This document shows, in pieces, positions 61,301-64,000 of a stretch of 64,000 bases of DNA. The notes beneath the pieces were generated by a model that saw nothing but the letters and a program-made list of their open reading frames with translations, made no database searches and was not told the origin of the DNA. Positions within the stretch are counted from its first letter, which is position 1. Every line of letters starts with the position of its first letter. The DNA comes from Eledone cirrhosa (lineage: Eukaryota), in NCBI GenBank assembly GCA_964016885.1, contig OZ024743.1, positions 136,896,001 to 136,960,000 of the forward strand. The letters run 5' to 3'. Made by a program: the position numbers and the translations under genes.

Positions 61301-64000
61301 ATGCTTGGTGCTTGGTGCTTGGTGTTGTGTGTTTGGTGCTTGGTGTTTGGTGTTTGGTGCTTGGTGCTTGGTGTTTGGTGTTTGGTGCTTGGTGCTTGGT
61401 GCTTGGAGTTTGGTGTTTGGTGCTTGGTGCTTTGTGTTTTGTGTTTGGTGTTTGGTATTTGGTGCTTGGTGCTTGGTCCTTGGTGTTTGGTGCTGGGTGC
61501 TTTGTGTTTGGTGCTTGGTGCTTGGTGTTTGGTGTTTGCTGCTTGGTGTTTGATGCTTGGTGCTTGGTGCTTGGTGTTTTGTGTTTGGTGCTTGGTTCTT
61601 GGTACTTGGTGTTTGTACTTGGTGCTTGGTGCTTGGTGTTTGGTTCTTGGTGTTTGGTACTTGGTGCTTGGTGCTTGATGTTTGGTGTTTGGTGCTTGGT
61701 GTCTGGTGCTTGGTGTTTGGTTTTTGGTGCTTGGTGTTTGGTGTTTGGTGCTTGGTGTTTGGTGTTTGGTGTTTGGTTCTTGGTGCTTGGTGTTTGGTGT
61801 TTGGTGTTTGGTGCTTGGTGTCTGGTGCTTGGTGTTTGGTGTTTGGTGCTTGGTGTTTGGTGTTTGGTGTTTGGTGCTTGGTGCTTGGTGCTTGCTGTTT
61901 GGTGTTTGGTGCTTGGTGCTTGGTGTTTGGTGCTTGGTGCTGGGTGCTTGGTGTTTGGTGCTGGGTGCTTGGCGTTTGGTGCTTGGTGCTTGGTCTTTGG
62001 TGCTTGGTGTTTGGTGCTTGGTGCTTGGTGCTTGGTGTTTGGTGCTTGGTGCTTGGTGTTTGGTGCTTGGTGCTTGGTGTTTGGTTTTTGGTGCTTGGTG
62101 CTTGGTGTTTGGTGTTTGGTGCTTGCTGCTGGCTGCTTGGTGTTTGATGCATGGTGATTGGTGCTTGGTGTTTGGTGCTTGGTGTTTGGTGTTTGATGCT
62201 TGGTGCTTGGTGCTTGGTGTTTGGTGCTTGGTGCTTGGTGTTTGGTGCTTGGTGTTTGGTGCTTGGTGTTTGGTGCTTGGTGTTTGGTGCTTGGTGCTTG
62301 GTGCTTGGTGCTTGGTGTTTGGTGGTTGGTGCTTGGTGCTTGGTGTTAGGTGTTTGGTGCTTGGTGCTTGGTGTTTGGTGTTTGGTGCTTGGTGTTTGGT
62401 GTTTGGTGCTTGGTGTTTGGTGCTTGGTACTTGGTGCTTGGTACTTGGTGTTAGGTGTTTGGTGCTTGGTGATTGGTGTCTGGTTTTTGGTGCTTGGTGC
62501 TTGGTGTTTGTTGTTTGGTGCTTGCTGCTGGCTGCTTGGTGTTTGGTGCTTTTTTATTGGTGCTTGGTGTTTGGTGCTTGGTGCTTGGTGTTTGGTGTTT
62601 GCTGCTTGGTGTTTGATGCTTGGTGCTTGGTGCTTGGTGTTTTGTGTTTGGTGCTTGGTGTTTGTACTTGGTGCTTGGTGCTTGGTGTTTGGTTCTTGGT
62701 TCTTGGTGTTTGGTACTTGGTGCTTGATGTTTGGTGTTTGGTGCTTGGTGTTTGGTGCTTGGTGCTTGGTGCTTGGTGTTAGGTGTTTGGTGCTTGGTCC
62801 TTGGTGTTTGGTGCTTTGTGTTTGGTGTTTGCTGTTAGGTGTTTGGTGTTTGGTGTTTGGTGTTTGCTGTTTGGTGTCTGCTTTTTGGTGTTCAGTGTTT
62901 GCTGTATGGTGTTTGGTGTTTGCTGTTTGGTGTTTGGTCTTTGGTGCTTGGTGTTTGGTGCTTGGTGCTTGGTGTTTGGTGTTTGGTGTTTGGTGCTTGG
63001 TGTTTGGTGTTTGGTGCTTGGTGTTTGGTGTTTGGTACTTGGTGTCTGGTGCTTGGTGTTTGGTTTTTGGTGCTTGGTGTTTGGTGTTTGGTGTTTGGTG
63101 TTTGGTGTTTGGTGCTTGGTGCTTGGTGTTTGGTGTTTCGTGTTTGGTGCTTGGTGTCTGGTGCTTGGTGTTTGGTGTTTGGTGCTTGGTGTTTGGTGTT
63201 TGGTGTTTGGTGCTTGGTGCTTGGTGCGTGGTGTTTGGTGTTTGGTGCTTGGTGTTTGGTGCTTGGTGCTGGGTGGTTGGTGTTTGGTGCTTGGTGTTTG
63301 GTGCTGGGTGCTTGGTGTTTGGTGCTGGGGGCTTGGTGTTTGGTGCTTGGTGCTTGGTCTTTGCTGCTTGGTGTTTGGTGCTTGGTGCTTGGTGTTTGGT
63401 GTTTGGTGCTTGGTGCTTGGTGTTTGGTGCTTCGTGCTTGGTGTTTGGTTTTTGGTGCTTGGTGCTTGGTGTTTGGTGTTTGGTGCTTGCTGCTGGCTGC
63501 TTGGTGTTTGATGCATGGTGATTGGTGCTTGGTGTTTGGTGCTTGGTGTTTGGTGTTTGATGCTTGGTGCTTGGTGTTTGGTGATTGGTGCTTGGTGCTT
63601 GGTGCTTGGTGCTTGGTGTTTGGTGCTTGTAGCTTGGTGTTTGGTGCTTGGTGCTTGGTGTTTGGTTTTTGGTGCTTGGTGTTTGGTGTTTGGTGTTTGG
63701 TGCTTGCTGCTGGCTGCTTGGTGTTTGATGCATGGTGATTTGTGCTTGGTGTTTGGTGCTTGGTGTTTGGTGTTTGATGCTTGGTGCTTGGTGTTTGGTG
63801 TTTGATGCTTGGTGCTTGGTGCTTGGTGCTTGGTGTTTGGTGCTTGGTGTTTGGTGCTTGGTGATTGGTGTTTGTACTTGGTGCTTGGTGCTTGGTTCTT
63901 GGTGTTTGGTGCTTGGTGCTTGGTGTTTGGTGTTATATGCTTGGTGTTTGATGCTTGGTGCTTGGTGCTTGGTGTTTGGTGTTTGGTGTTTGATGCTTGG
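58360..64000. repeat. Tandem duplication, unit ~2.97 kb (offset 2,985 then 2,964), junction ~61345, second copy truncated by the window end
   Basis: ORF pair 58572/61557 is offset 2985; pairs 58718/61682, 59187/62151 and 59815/62779 are offset 2964. A 21-bp (3-monomer) indel lies near 61600. Shared rare variants include TTTTTTA and TTGTAGC. Confidence 0.9.

Larger units (their letters stand above)
1..64000. repeat. 7-bp tandem satellite array, consensus TTGGTG(C/T), about 9,100 monomers, single orientation, open at both window edges
   Basis: Every region I parsed resolves into TTGGTGC/TTGGTGT or 1-3 substitution variants (TTGATGC, TAGGTGT, TTGGTAC, TTGGTGG, TGGGTGC, TTGCTGT, TATATGC). The + strand is almost purely G/T with very little A. 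No reverse-complement (CACCAA) tract was seen on the + strand. Confidence 0.99.

Noticed and set aside
2-63805. Hundreds of plus-strand hydrophobic LV(L/F)G(A/V)WC ORFs resembling membrane proteins
   Set aside because: They overlap in all three frames and are direct translations of the satellite.
1-64000. CRISPR array or repeat-spacer system
   Set aside because: There are no unique spacers: the sequence between landmarks is the same heptamer. No cas or other genes are present.

Overview
The whole 64 kb window is one uninterrupted, single-orientation satellite array of a 7-bp monomer, TTGGTG(C/T) (about 9,100 copies; reverse strand (G/A)CACCAA). I found no unique sequence, inversion, transposon, RNA gene or credible protein-coding gene. 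All ORFs in the track are translations of the stop-free heptamer: every + frame gives LV[L/F]G[A/V]WC and every - frame gives [S/N]TKHQ[A/T]P. The real information lies in variant monomers and in the C/T pattern at monomer position 7, which reveal a nested higher-order repeat (HOR) architecture. The left domain (1 to ~36.6 kb) is young and near-identical, with three related super-units at offsets 8,941, 10,368, 15,007 and 12,679 bp, built from 873/1287/1427/2433/2020/2328/4639-bp segments. The right domain is more diverged and carries two-copy tandem duplications of ~4.8, ~2.2 and ~3.0 kb. A distinct 147-bp (21-monomer) 'T-island' recurs about 28 times. The architecture resembles eukaryotic (peri)centromeric or subtelomeric satellite DNA, but the organism and function cannot be determined from this window.
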